From an uncultured Spirochaetota bacterium (lineage in GTDB: Bacteria > Spirochaetota > Spirochaetia > SZUA-6 > Fen-1364): a stretch of 64,000 nucleotides of DNA. Shown here in pieces: positions 37,227 to 45,303 of this stretch. A program made the translations under genes and the position numbers. Each line of letters starts with the position of its first letter. Position 1 is the stretch's first letter. The notes beneath the pieces are model-generated. The model was not told the DNA's origin and made no database searches. It saw only the letters and a program-made list of their open reading frames with translations. The DNA is taken from positions 244,151 to 308,150 of the forward strand of contig CAVTHO010000009.1 of the NCBI GenBank assembly GCA_963734545.1. Reading direction: 5' to 3'.

Positions 37227-40188
37227 ATGAGCGCGGCAAAGAACGTCTATCTATTCGGGGGCGGCAAGGCTGACGGCGACGAGAAGATGAAGAACCTTCT
37301 CGGCGGCAAGGGCGCCAATCTCGCCGAGATGGCGGGCCATTCGGACCTTCGCCTGCCCGTTCCCGCGGGATTCACCATCACCACCGAGGTGTGCAACCAT
37401 TTCTTCAAGAACAAGGGCAAGTATCCCGCCGGCCTCGACGCCGAGGTTGCCGCGGGTTTGAAGCACATAGAGAAAATCATGAGCCACAAGTTCGGGGACC
37501 CGGACAATCCCCTCCTGGTCTCCGTGCGCTCGGGCGCGCGCAAGTCCATGCCCGGCATGATGGAGACGGTCCTCAATGTCGGCCTGAACGAGAAAACGGC
37601 GCAGGGCATCATCAAGTCGACCAATAACCCCCGGTTCGTCTATGACGCGTACCGGCGTCTCATCCAGATGTATTCCGACGTGGTCATGGAAAAAGCGGAA
37701 GGAATCGACCCGGCGGAAGGCCAGGGGATCCGGCAGCAGCTCGAGCGCGAGCTGGACAAGATGAAGAAGGCCCGAGGCGTGAAGCAGGACACCGAGCTCA
37801 CGGCAGAGGATCTGAAACAGCTCATCAGGATCTACAAGTCGAAGGTGCGGGAAGTGCTGGGCAAGGACTTCCCCGAGGACCCCATGGAGCAGGTGTGGGG
37901 CGGCATCCGCGCGGTCTTCCAGAGCTGGAACGGCAAGCGCGCCATTTCCTACCGCCGCATCGAGGGCATCCCCGACGAGTGGGGCACTGCCGTCACGGTC
38001 CAGTCCATGGTTTTCGGAAACATGGGGGATGACTCCGGAACGGGTGTCGCCTTCACGCGCAATCCCGCAACGGGTGAGAACGTGTTCTACGGAGAATGGC
38101 TTCCCAACGCCCAGGGAGAGGACGTCGTAGCGGGCATCCGGACGCCCTACCCCATCAATGAGGCGGGCAAGACCGAGCACACCGCTTCGCTGCCCTCCCT
38201 GGAGAAACAGTTCCCGAAGATCTACTCCGAGCTGCACGCCATCGAGCTTCGACTGGAAAGACACTACCATGACATGCTCGACCTGGAGTTCACCATAGAG
38301 AAGGGCAAGCTGTGGATGCTGCAGTGCCGGGTGGGCAAGCGCAATGGCCCCGCGGCTGTCCGCATGGCAGTGGACATGGTCAGGGAAAAGATGATCGTGC
38401 CCGAAGAAGCGGTCACCCGCATCACGCCGGCCCAGCTCGACGAGCTCCTTCACCCCGTCATCGACCCGGTGAAGGAGAAGGTGACCGCCGTGTTCCTCAA
38501 GGGGCTTCCCGCGGGACCCGGCGGCGCTGTCGGCCAGGTGGTGCTCACGGCCAATGACGCGGTGGAATGGACCAGGCAGGGCAAGAAGGTCATCCTCGTG
38601 CGGGAAGAGACCAACCCCGAGGACGTGGAAGGCATGCGGGCCGCGCAGGGCATCCTCACTGCGCGCGGCGGCATGACCTCGCACGCGGCGCTCGTTGCAC
38701 GCGGCTGGGGCAAGTGCTGCATCGTCGGCGCGGGGGACATGCACGTCGACATGGCGGCGCGGCAGATCAACGTGAAAGGCATCGCGGTCAAGCAGGGAGA
38801 CTGGCTCACCCTCAATGGGAGCAAGGGCACCGTGTACCAGGGCGCCCTGCCGCTCATCAAGGCAGCGGGAGAGAACCCCGACTTCGTGGCCTTCATGGGC
38901 ACATGTGACAAGGTGAAAAAACTCGGCGTGCGCACGAACGCGGACACGCCGGCGGATGCCAAGAAGGCGCGCGAGTTCGGGGCAGAGGGCATCGGCCTCT
39001 TCCGGTTCGAGCACATGTTCTACGGGGAAGGCGCGGACAGGCCGCTGTTCCTCCTGCGGCGCATGATCGTTTCCAAGACCGAATCCGAGCGGCGCAAGGC
39101 ACTGGAAGAGCTGTTCCCCTTCATGAAGGACGACGTGAAGAGGACCATGGAAGTCATGGACGGCCTTCCCGTCACGTTCCGGTTCCTCGATCCCCCTCTG
39201 CATGAGTTCGTGCCCAACCGGCCGGAGGAGAGGCAGCGCCTGGCCACCGACCTCGGAATCTCCGCGGAGGAGTTCAGCAAGAGGGCAGACAGCCTGCACG
39301 AGTCAAACCCCATGATGGGACACCGCGGCGTGCGGCTGGGAATCTCCTACCCCGAGATGACGGAGGTGCAGAGCCAGGCAATCCTCGAAGCGGCCGCGGA
39401 GCTGATCCAGGCGGGGAAGAACGCGCAGGCCCGAGATCATGATCCCCGTCACCTCGACCGTGGTCGAGATCGAAGACCAGAAGAAGCTCATCGAGAAGGT
39501 CTACGAGAAGGTGCTCACCAAGTTCGTGATGCCGAAATCGAAGCTCGCGCTGGTTGTCGGGACCATGATCGAGATCCCGCGCGCGTGCGTGACCGCGGAC
39601 AAGTTCGCCGCGCAGTGCGATTTCTTCTCATTCGGCACAAATGACCTGACGCAGATGGGCTTCGGCTTTTCCCGGGACGACATCGGCGGGTTCCTGCCCA
39701 AGTATCTTGAAAAGAAGATTCTCCCGGCAGATCCCTTCCAGACCATCGACCAGGAAGGCATCGGAGAGCTGATCAGGATGGGCATCGACAAGGGCAGGGC
39801 GGTGAAGCCGACCCTCAAGATCGGAATCTGCGGCGAGCACGGCGGAGAGCCCGAGTCCGTGAAGTTCTGCCACAAGGTGGGTATGAGCTACGTATCCTGC
39901 TCCCCGTACCGTGTGCCGCTGGCCAAGCTGGCCGCCGCGCAGGAAGCGGCAGCGGATCTGCAGAAAGCAAGGGCAAAGCCGGCTGCCCGGCCCGCGGCCA
40001 AGGCTGCCAGGCCCGCCGCGAAAAAGGCGAAAGCAGTGAAAAAAGCGCCTGCAAAGAAGCCGGCCGCGAAGAAGGCCCCTGCGAAGAAGGCAGCGGCAAA
40101 GAAGCCGGCCGCGAAGAAAGCAGCGGCCAGGAAGCCCGCTGCCAGGAAGGCCGTGAAGAAACCGGCAGCCAAAGGCAGGAAGAGATAG
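37227..40188 (+). CDS. ppdK: pyruvate, phosphate dikinase with 78-aa Lys/Ala/Pro-rich C-terminal tail; one +1 frame change near 39428
   Basis: LGGKGANLAEM, phosphohistidine region TARGGMTSHAALVARGWGK, FRFEHMF, MMGHRGVRL, FFSFGTNDLTQ, GICGEHGGEP, SCSPYRVP. After ...AGKNAQ the reading continues (P)EIMIPVTSTVVEIE in ORF 39439..40188. The tail is ...ARPAAKKAKAVKKAPAKKPAAKKAPAKKAAAKKPAAKK... Confidence 0.9.
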
Positions 40189-40211
40189 GCCGGCCTTGGA
40201 TTGAATCAGCG

Positions 40212-40247
40212 AGCCCCGCTGTCGGACCGACGGCGGGGCTTTTTTTG
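40212..40247 (+). terminator. rho-independent terminator of ppdK
   Basis: AGCCCCGC-N13-GCGGGGCT followed by T7 (40240-40247). Confidence 0.8.
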
Positions 40248-40275
40248 ATCGTTCAGAAGGAGCGTGGGGCTCAAT

Positions 40276-40932
40276 CTACAGCCGATATCCAAAAAGAACC
40301 GCGAGCTCGAAGTCGAGATTGAGTATCGACACGCCGGAGTATCCTGAGTCCCTCAAGAGCGCAATTCCATCTTTCTCCGGTTGGCTGAGCAGCTTATAGC
40401 CGGCGATAAGCTCGGGCCGCACGTAGATCTTCGGCGTGATCGAGATGTCGGCGCCGACACCGCCCTTGATCCAGAACTCGTTCGAGTCGGCCTTCTGCCG
40501 GCCGCTCAGGTCGTTCCCGATCATGTCGGTGCCGGCGATTGTCAGGTCATACTCGACGCCCAGCATCGGAAAGAGCGTGATCCGGCCGATTTTGAAGGGG
40601 AACTTGCCGTAGCCGGCAAACGCCAGGTGTCCCCCGGACAACTTCCTGTCCGACTCGGTCGTGCTCGCGCCGACGCCTGTCACGGTCGTCTTCTGGTACG
40701 CGCCATTGAACATTCGATAGCCGGCTGTGACCTGCAGGTAGGTCAGATCGACAAACGCCATGAAGGTGAATGGAATTCGGGAGGTCAATGTATCCGAGCT
40801 CGATCCGAAGCCTTCGTATTTCCCCACCGTCATTGAGTAGGCACCGTTTGCCCCGATCCCTGCGCTGATATCTATCCCGAACGCGCCGGCCGCCAGACAC
40901 AACAGGGCGAGCACCGCCACCGCCGATTTCAT
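40276..40932 (-). CDS. outer-membrane beta-barrel protein (paralog 1)
   Basis: Signal peptide MKSAVAVLALLCLAAGAFG, alternating hydrophobic beta-strand pattern, Gly/aromatic-rich. By eye, similar along its length to the next gene (shared FMAFVD..YLQ..AGYRM.NG, FWIKGGVGADIS, YVRPE/YIRPE, GYKLLS, FEL.VLFG.RL). Confidence 0.65.
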   Translation of the reverse strand: MKSAVAVLALLCLAAGAFGIDISAGIGANGAYSMTVGKYEGFGSSSDTLTSRIPFTFMAFVDLTYLQVTAGYRMFNGAYQKTTVTGVGASTTESDRKLSGGHLAFAGYGKFPFKIGRITLFPMLGVEYDLTIAGTDMIGNDLSGRQKADSNEFWIKGGVGADISITPKIYVRPELIAGYKLLSQPEKDGIALLRDSGYSGVSILNLDFELAVLFGYRL

Positions 40933-40994
40933 ACATCCTCCTTTTTTATTTCATGAGATTATCACCTCCTGTTTCCAGAACTCAAGTCAGGCAC

Positions 40995-41022
40995 GAAAAA
41001 AGCCGCCCGAAGGCGGCTTTTA
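40995..41022 (-). terminator. rho-independent terminator (usable on both strands)
   Basis: AAAAAA-AGCCGCC-cgaa-GGCGGCT-TTTT, immediately downstream of paralog 2. Confidence 0.7.
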
Positions 41023-41059
41023 AATTGCGGTACAGCGCGCGTGGCAGGTGCAACCAGAT

Positions 41060-41704
41060 CTACAGCCTGATCCCGAAAAGCACAGACAGCTCGAAGCCCA
41101 GGTCGAGCATTGAAACATCAGTGCCGCCGCCGGCCTTGGTGGCATCAACCAGATCGTTTTCGGGCCCGCTGAGGAGCTTGTAGCCGACGATCACCTCGGG
41201 TCGGATGTAGAATTGCGGGCTGACCGATATGTCGGCGCCCACACCGCCTTTGATCCAGAACTCGGTGGCATCGGACAGGTCCTGGCTGGTCATTTTGACA
41301 CCGGCCGATGTCCCGGAGATGGCCCGGTCATATTCGACTCCCACCATGGGGAAGAACGTGATCGGTCCAAGCTCGATGGGGAATTTGCCGTATGCAGCGA
41401 GAGATACATAGTTGACGTTGAGTTCCACATCGGTTTTCCCGACTTCGGAGCCGTCAACGATGGCTTTCATGGTGTAGCCGTTGAGCATCCGATAACCTGC
41501 TGAGATTTGCAGGTAGCCCACGTCGACAAACGCCATGAAGCCAAACGGTATTCCAGTTATGAGCGTTTCCGTCGGAATTCCAGCCTGTGTTGCCTTCAGC
41601 GATGCCATGTAGTAAGACCCGGTTGCTCCGATTCCTACATCGACTGCAAATCCAGTCGCTGCCATGCATGCCAGGACAAGCACTACCAGTATTAGTCTTT
41701 TCAT
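41060..41704 (-). CDS. outer-membrane beta-barrel protein (paralog 2)
   Basis: Signal peptide MKRLILVVLVLACMAATGFA, with the same architecture and motifs as 40276..40932. Confidence 0.65.
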   Translation of the reverse strand: MKRLILVVLVLACMAATGFAVDVGIGATGSYYMASLKATQAGIPTETLITGIPFGFMAFVDVGYLQISAGYRMLNGYTMKAIVDGSEVGKTDVELNVNYVSLAAYGKFPIELGPITFFPMVGVEYDRAISGTSAGVKMTSQDLSDATEFWIKGGVGADISVSPQFYIRPEVIVGYKLLSGPENDLVDATKAGGGTDVSMLDLGFELSVLFGIRL

Positions 41705-41751
41705 GGATTCTCCTTTTCTTTTATGAAATGGGTGTCCCCGCTACAGCCCGA

Positions 41752-41779
41752 ATTATAGTCCTTTTTCTCCAGAAATCAA
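41752..41779 (-). promoter_or_regulatory. sigma70-type promoter TTGATT-N16-TATAAT
   Basis: Minus strand: TTGATT (plus 41774-41779), TATAAT (plus 41752-41757), inside a conspicuously AT-rich ~70-bp intergenic island. RBS AAAGGAGAA precedes the ATG at 41704. Confidence 0.55.
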
Positions 41780-41795
41780 TTTATGTTTACTATAG

Positions 41796-43061
41796 TTATT
41801 TTGATACATTGGTTTTTGCGGCAAGCAGGGCAGCCTGGGTATTGAGATAGTCCCGCTCCGGAACGCTCGTCGTTCGGCCCGCTGCGGCGAGATAGTGCTC
41901 GATCGCGGCCTTGTCATCTCCGGCCATCTCGTGAAGATGGGCCCGAACCGCATCGAGCCGATAGTGGCGGGCCATCCGCTCATCGGCATCCAGGGCTGCG
42001 AGCAGCTCGAGCCCCACGGCCGGACCATGCACCATTGCCGCGGCAACAGCGTGATTGAGCGTCACCATGGGATTGTCGGTCATGCGCTTGAGCAGGCTGT
42101 ACAAGACCAGGATCTGCGGCCAGTCGGTATCCTCGGCGCGCGCCGCCTCGTCGTGGACGGCCGCGATCGCTGCCTGGAGCTGATACGCGCCGATCGATCC
42201 ACGGGAGAGTGTGCCGCCGAGGAGCGCGACGCCCTCCGAAACAGCCTGCCGGTCCCACAACGCTCGATTCTGCTGCGCGAGCGGGATCAGCTCGCCGTCC
42301 GGCCCGGTGCGCGCCGGGCGCCGCGCATCCGTCAGCAGCATCAGCGCAAGCAGCCCCGCAACCTCGCCGTCTTCCGGGAGCTGGCTGTGAACGGCCCGCG
42401 TGAGCCTGATCGCCTCATTCGAGAGGTCGCTCCGCTGCAGCCGGGGACCGATGCTGCTGGTATAGCCCTCGTTGAAGATCAGGTAGAGCACGTGCAGGAC
42501 CGAGCCCAGCCTTAGGGAGCGCTCCTTGTCGGTGGGCATGGCGAAGGGAACTCCAGACTCCTTGATGCGCTGCTTGGCACGGCTGATCCGCTGTGCCATG
42601 GTCGCTTCGGGAACGAGAAACGCGTTGGCGATCTCGGCGGTGGTGAGGCCGCCGACGGCGCGCAGGGTGAGCGCAATGGCCGACGGCGGGGTGAGCGCGG
42701 GATGGCAGCACATGAACAACAGGACCAGCGTGTCATCCTGGTCAGCCCCGTCATCCGGCTCCGGCGCCGCCGGCGGATCGGTCCATTCCCGCAGGGCCCA
42801 GGATTCTTCGCGCCGTCGGCGCGCGAGCTCGCTGCGCATGGAGTCGATCATGCGGCGGGAGGCGACCTGGATCAGCCACCCCCGCGGGTTGTCCGGCATG
42901 CCCTCCCGGGGCCACTGCACGGCAGCGGCGAGCAGCGCCTCCTGGACCGCGTCCTCCGCTGCGGAAAAGTCGCCGAAACGGCGCATGACCGCCCCGAGCA
43001 CCTTCGGGCCCAGCTCGCCAAGCAGTTTCTCCGAGGCGCCGCGGCCGGATTCGTCTGTCAC
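41796..43061 (-). CDS. ECF-type RNA polymerase sigma factor with long C-terminal helical (TPR-like) extension (ECF41/42-like architecture)
   Basis: Region 2: DAVQEALLAAAVQWPREGMPDNPRGWLIQVASRRMIDSMR. Region 4: LLFMCCHPALTPPSAIALTLRAVGGLTTAEIANAFLVPEATMAQRISRAKQRI. A further ~220 aa of C-terminal domain follows. The GTG start overlaps the upstream stop (GTGA). Confidence 0.8.
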   Translation of the reverse strand: MTDESGRGASEKLLGELGPKVLGAVMRRFGDFSAAEDAVQEALLAAAVQWPREGMPDNPRGWLIQVASRRMIDSMRSELARRRREESWALREWTDPPAAPEPDDGADQDDTLVLLFMCCHPALTPPSAIALTLRAVGGLTTAEIANAFLVPEATMAQRISRAKQRIKESGVPFAMPTDKERSLRLGSVLHVLYLIFNEGYTSSIGPRLQRSDLSNEAIRLTRAVHSQLPEDGEVAGLLALMLLTDARRPARTGPDGELIPLAQQNRALWDRQAVSEGVALLGGTLSRGSIGAYQLQAAIAAVHDEAARAEDTDWPQILVLYSLLKRMTDNPMVTLNHAVAAAMVHGPAVGLELLAALDADERMARHYRLDAVRAHLHEMAGDDKAAIEHYLAAAGRTTSVPERDYLNTQAALLAAKTNVSK

Positions 43062-43459
43062 CAGTCCTCGCTCTGGTGGCCCATCACCGGGCGCACTTCG
43101 ATTGGGACATTTGCGGGCCCGCCCCCGGGTCCCGGCAGTGCCGACAACCGGCCCGCGATCTCGCAGGCGCGCTCCGGACTATCGACGTCGACGATCCAGT
43201 ACCCGGCGAGAAACTCCTTGGACTCGGGGAAGGGGCCGTCCGTAACCGCCGGAGCGCCGTCCGTTCTGGCGCGCACCACCCTCATCCCTTCCGGTCCGCC
43301 GAGACCCTGCGTGCCGACAAGCTCTCCGGCATCGGCGAGCTCCTTGTGGAAACGGTGCAGGAAATCGATGTTCGCCTTGACGTCCTCCGGCGGCCAGGTG
43401 CCGATGTTGTTGGCTTTCCAGTCAGCCACGGAGAATTGCATCATCAATATGTACTTCAT
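43058..43459 (-). CDS. YCII-related (DGPF-type) small protein
   Basis: MKYILMMQFSVADWK...ELVGTQGL...VTDGPFPESKEFLAGYWIVDVDSPERACEIA. ATG 43459 follows GGGAGGA. The longer ORF-track version (to 43933) is rejected. Confidence 0.75.
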   Translation of the reverse strand: MKYILMMQFSVADWKANNIGTWPPEDVKANIDFLHRFHKELADAGELVGTQGLGGPEGMRVVRARTDGAPAVTDGPFPESKEFLAGYWIVDVDSPERACEIAGRLSALPGPGGGPANVPIEVRPVMGHQSEDW

Positions 43460-43611
43460 GACGTTGATCCTCCCTCGGAAACAAGTCGGAGCACGCCGGG
43501 AATCCTCGACACGCCGCGCAGGGAATTCCGACACGATTTGGCCGAATTGTCGATACCGAAAATTCCCGGCGGCATGCGGCAGGCGAGCCGCCAGGCTGTG
43601 GGGGATGGCGC

Positions 43612-43989
43612 CTACGCCGGGCTGCCCGCCGCGCGGGTCTTGCGGGCCCGGAGCAGGGCCGCCGCGAGCAGGACCACGCCCAGCACCATCAGCAGGATCG
43701 CAAAGACGGGCAGCTTGTACGGAAGGTGAAAAACCGACCGCGACATGTCCAGCCCGCCCCACACCAGGGTCAGTATGCCGAGCGTGATCGAAAAGCCGTT
43801 CACGGGTATCCCCTTGAAACGCCGCACCGCGTTCAGCGCGAGCAGGATCACGCCGGTGCCTGCCGCGTCCAGTCCGTTCGGCATGAAGTGCTTCAGGAAG
43901 GAGAGCCCCCACCATACAAAGAGCGTCCCCCACGCAACGGCTTCAAGAATGCCACCCAGGTTCTTCCTGTCTTCCATACATGCCTCCAT
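43612..43989 (-). CDS. small integral membrane protein, hypothetical
   Basis: 125 aa with 3-4 hydrophobic segments (AVAWGTLFVWWGLSFL, GTGVILLALNAV, FSITLGILTLVWGGL, VFAILLMVLGVVLLAAALL). No recognised family. Confidence 0.5.
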   Translation of the reverse strand: MEACMEDRKNLGGILEAVAWGTLFVWWGLSFLKHFMPNGLDAAGTGVILLALNAVRRFKGIPVNGFSITLGILTLVWGGLDMSRSVFHLPYKLPVFAILLMVLGVVLLAAALLRARKTRAAGSPA

Positions 43990-44001
43990 TCCTTCTCTGA
44001 T

Positions 44002-44535
44002 CTACGCGTCCAACCAGCGCTGAAACGCCGGGATATCGCCTGCTTGATATCGCATCTTCATGGCCATCGCCCTGGTCTGCTCTGGGGAAAAGAGGAAGTA
44101 CTTCCCGAGAGCTTTCGCATAGATGCTCCCCTGTTCGTCGTAGAGAGCGCCCTCGGCCGACCAGCACTTTCCCCGTCCCGTTGCCACGCGCGCCCGGGCC
44201 AGGTATTTTTGTCCCAGCAGAACGGGCTTCACGAATCGCACAGTCAGCTCGGCGGTGCATGCCAGGAGGTCGTTCCTGAAGGAAACGCTCCAGCCGCTCA
44301 GCTCGTCGAGCAGAGCGCTGATCACCCCGCCGTGGACCACGTTGTCATAGCCTGTCTGCGCGGCATCCGGCTGGAACCACGCGCATACTTCGCCTTCGTC
44401 GCCCGTGAAGAAGCGCATGCGCAATCCCCGAGGGTGGTGCTGTCCGCAGACATAGCATCCGTCGTAGCTGGGGAGGTACGTGGTGATCCCTGGCTGGCCG
44501 ATGGACTCTGTCGATGAATGCAGCTCCGTGTTCAT
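44002..44535 (-). CDS. PaaI/4HBT-type hotdog-fold thioesterase
   Basis: MNTELHSS start at 44535 after AAAGGAGA. CYVCGQHHPRGL..., VVHGGVISALLDELSG. Confidence 0.7.
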   Translation of the reverse strand: MNTELHSSTESIGQPGITTYLPSYDGCYVCGQHHPRGLRMRFFTGDEGEVCAWFQPDAAQTGYDNVVHGGVISALLDELSGWSVSFRNDLLACTAELTVRFVKPVLLGQKYLARARVATGRGKCWSAEGALYDEQGSIYAKALGKYFLFSPEQTRAMAMKMRYQAGDIPAFQRWLDA

Positions 44536-44556
44536 TCTGTCTCCTTTCAGATATTC

Positions 44557-44578
44557 ACATACCAAACGTTCGGTATGT
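44557..44578. promoter_or_regulatory. 22-bp palindromic operator ACATACCAAACGTTCGGTATGT
   Basis: Near-perfect dyad 22 nt upstream of the thioesterase ATG. It is a paralogous copy of the site at 45229-45250 and lies between TTACAT (-35-like) and GAATAT (-10-like) on the minus strand. Confidence 0.65.
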
Positions 44579-44596
44579 AAGCCTACCAACGAAAGC

Positions 44597-45208
44597 TCAT
44601 GCCCTCAAGCCGCTGATCAACACCTTTTTCAACGTGGCCATGATCGTCCGGTAGTCCACGAGCTCCCGCTCGGATATCGGCCGGGAGCAGGCGGTTCCGC
44701 GCAGCATTCCCACGATGGTGAGCGCGGCAAGCGCCGCGTCTATGTCCTCCCTGACCTGCCCCGCCGCCTGCCCCTTGCGGATGATCTGCTCGACGAAACG
44801 GGTCAGCTCGCCATAGACCTGCTGCAGGGCGGCGGCCAGCTCCGGCCTGACACCTTCCAGCTCCGTCATCATTCCATTGAGAACGAGACAGAAAGCCTCG
44901 TTTCGCTCCAGGAAAAGGGCATGATTGTCCAGCAGCGCGGACAGCCGGTCGATTGCGTCATGGGAGCCTGCCACTTTTCTTGCCACGGAATCTCTCCAGG
45001 TGACGCGGATCTTCTCGATCACGGCGAAGAATATCGCCTCCTTGCTCTCGAAATGATGGTACAGCGCGCCCCTGGTGACCTCGACGGCCCCGGCCAGGTC
45101 GGCGATCGAGGTGGCGATGTAACCCTTACGGACAAAAAGACGGGCTGCCGCCTCGACGATGCGCTCGCGAGTGTGCTCGCTCTGCAATGCTCTGCTCGTT
45201 TTCTCCAT
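44597..45208 (-). CDS. TetR/AcrR family transcriptional regulator
   Basis: RERIVEAAARLFVRKGYIATSIADLAGAVEVTRGALYHHFESKEAIF (TetR HTH). 203 aa. Confidence 0.9.
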   Translation of the reverse strand: MEKTSRALQSEHTRERIVEAAARLFVRKGYIATSIADLAGAVEVTRGALYHHFESKEAIFFAVIEKIRVTWRDSVARKVAGSHDAIDRLSALLDNHALFLERNEAFCLVLNGMMTELEGVRPELAAALQQVYGELTRFVEQIIRKGQAAGQVREDIDAALAALTIVGMLRGTACSRPISERELVDYRTIMATLKKVLISGLRA

Positions 45209-45228
45209 ATGATATTGCCGTTCTGCTC

Positions 45229-45285
45229 ACATACTGAACGATCGGTATGTGAAGAGATATTAGCCCAGGGGGACGTTCCTGTCAA
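45229..45285 (-). promoter_or_regulatory. sigma70-type promoter TTGACA-N17-TAATAT followed by operator ACATACCGATCGTTCAGTATGT
   Basis: Minus strand: TTGACA (plus 45280-45285), TAATAT (plus 45257-45262). The dyad at 45229-45250 sits between the -10 box and the tetR ATG (45208). Confidence 0.6.
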
Positions 45286-45303
45286 GAAAAATCGGCAGAT
45301 TTC

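Noticed and set aside
37251-39299. 682-aa ORF (-) antisense to ppdK
   Set aside because: A GC-driven open frame opposite an unambiguous PPDK coding sequence.
39952-40188. Lys/Ala/Pro tail of ppdK as a separate histone-like gene; also the antisense ORF 39888..40172 (AAGFF repeats)
   Set aside because: There is no stop codon, start codon or RBS between the PPDK core and the tail, and the frame is continuous. The antisense ORF is just the complement of the repeat. The fusion is kept as a finding and needs read-level confirmation.
43460-43933. Long version of the YCII-like ORF (291 aa)
   Set aside because: The extra 158 codons overlap the small membrane protein gene and are not protein-like. 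A strong RBS precedes the internal ATG at 43459.
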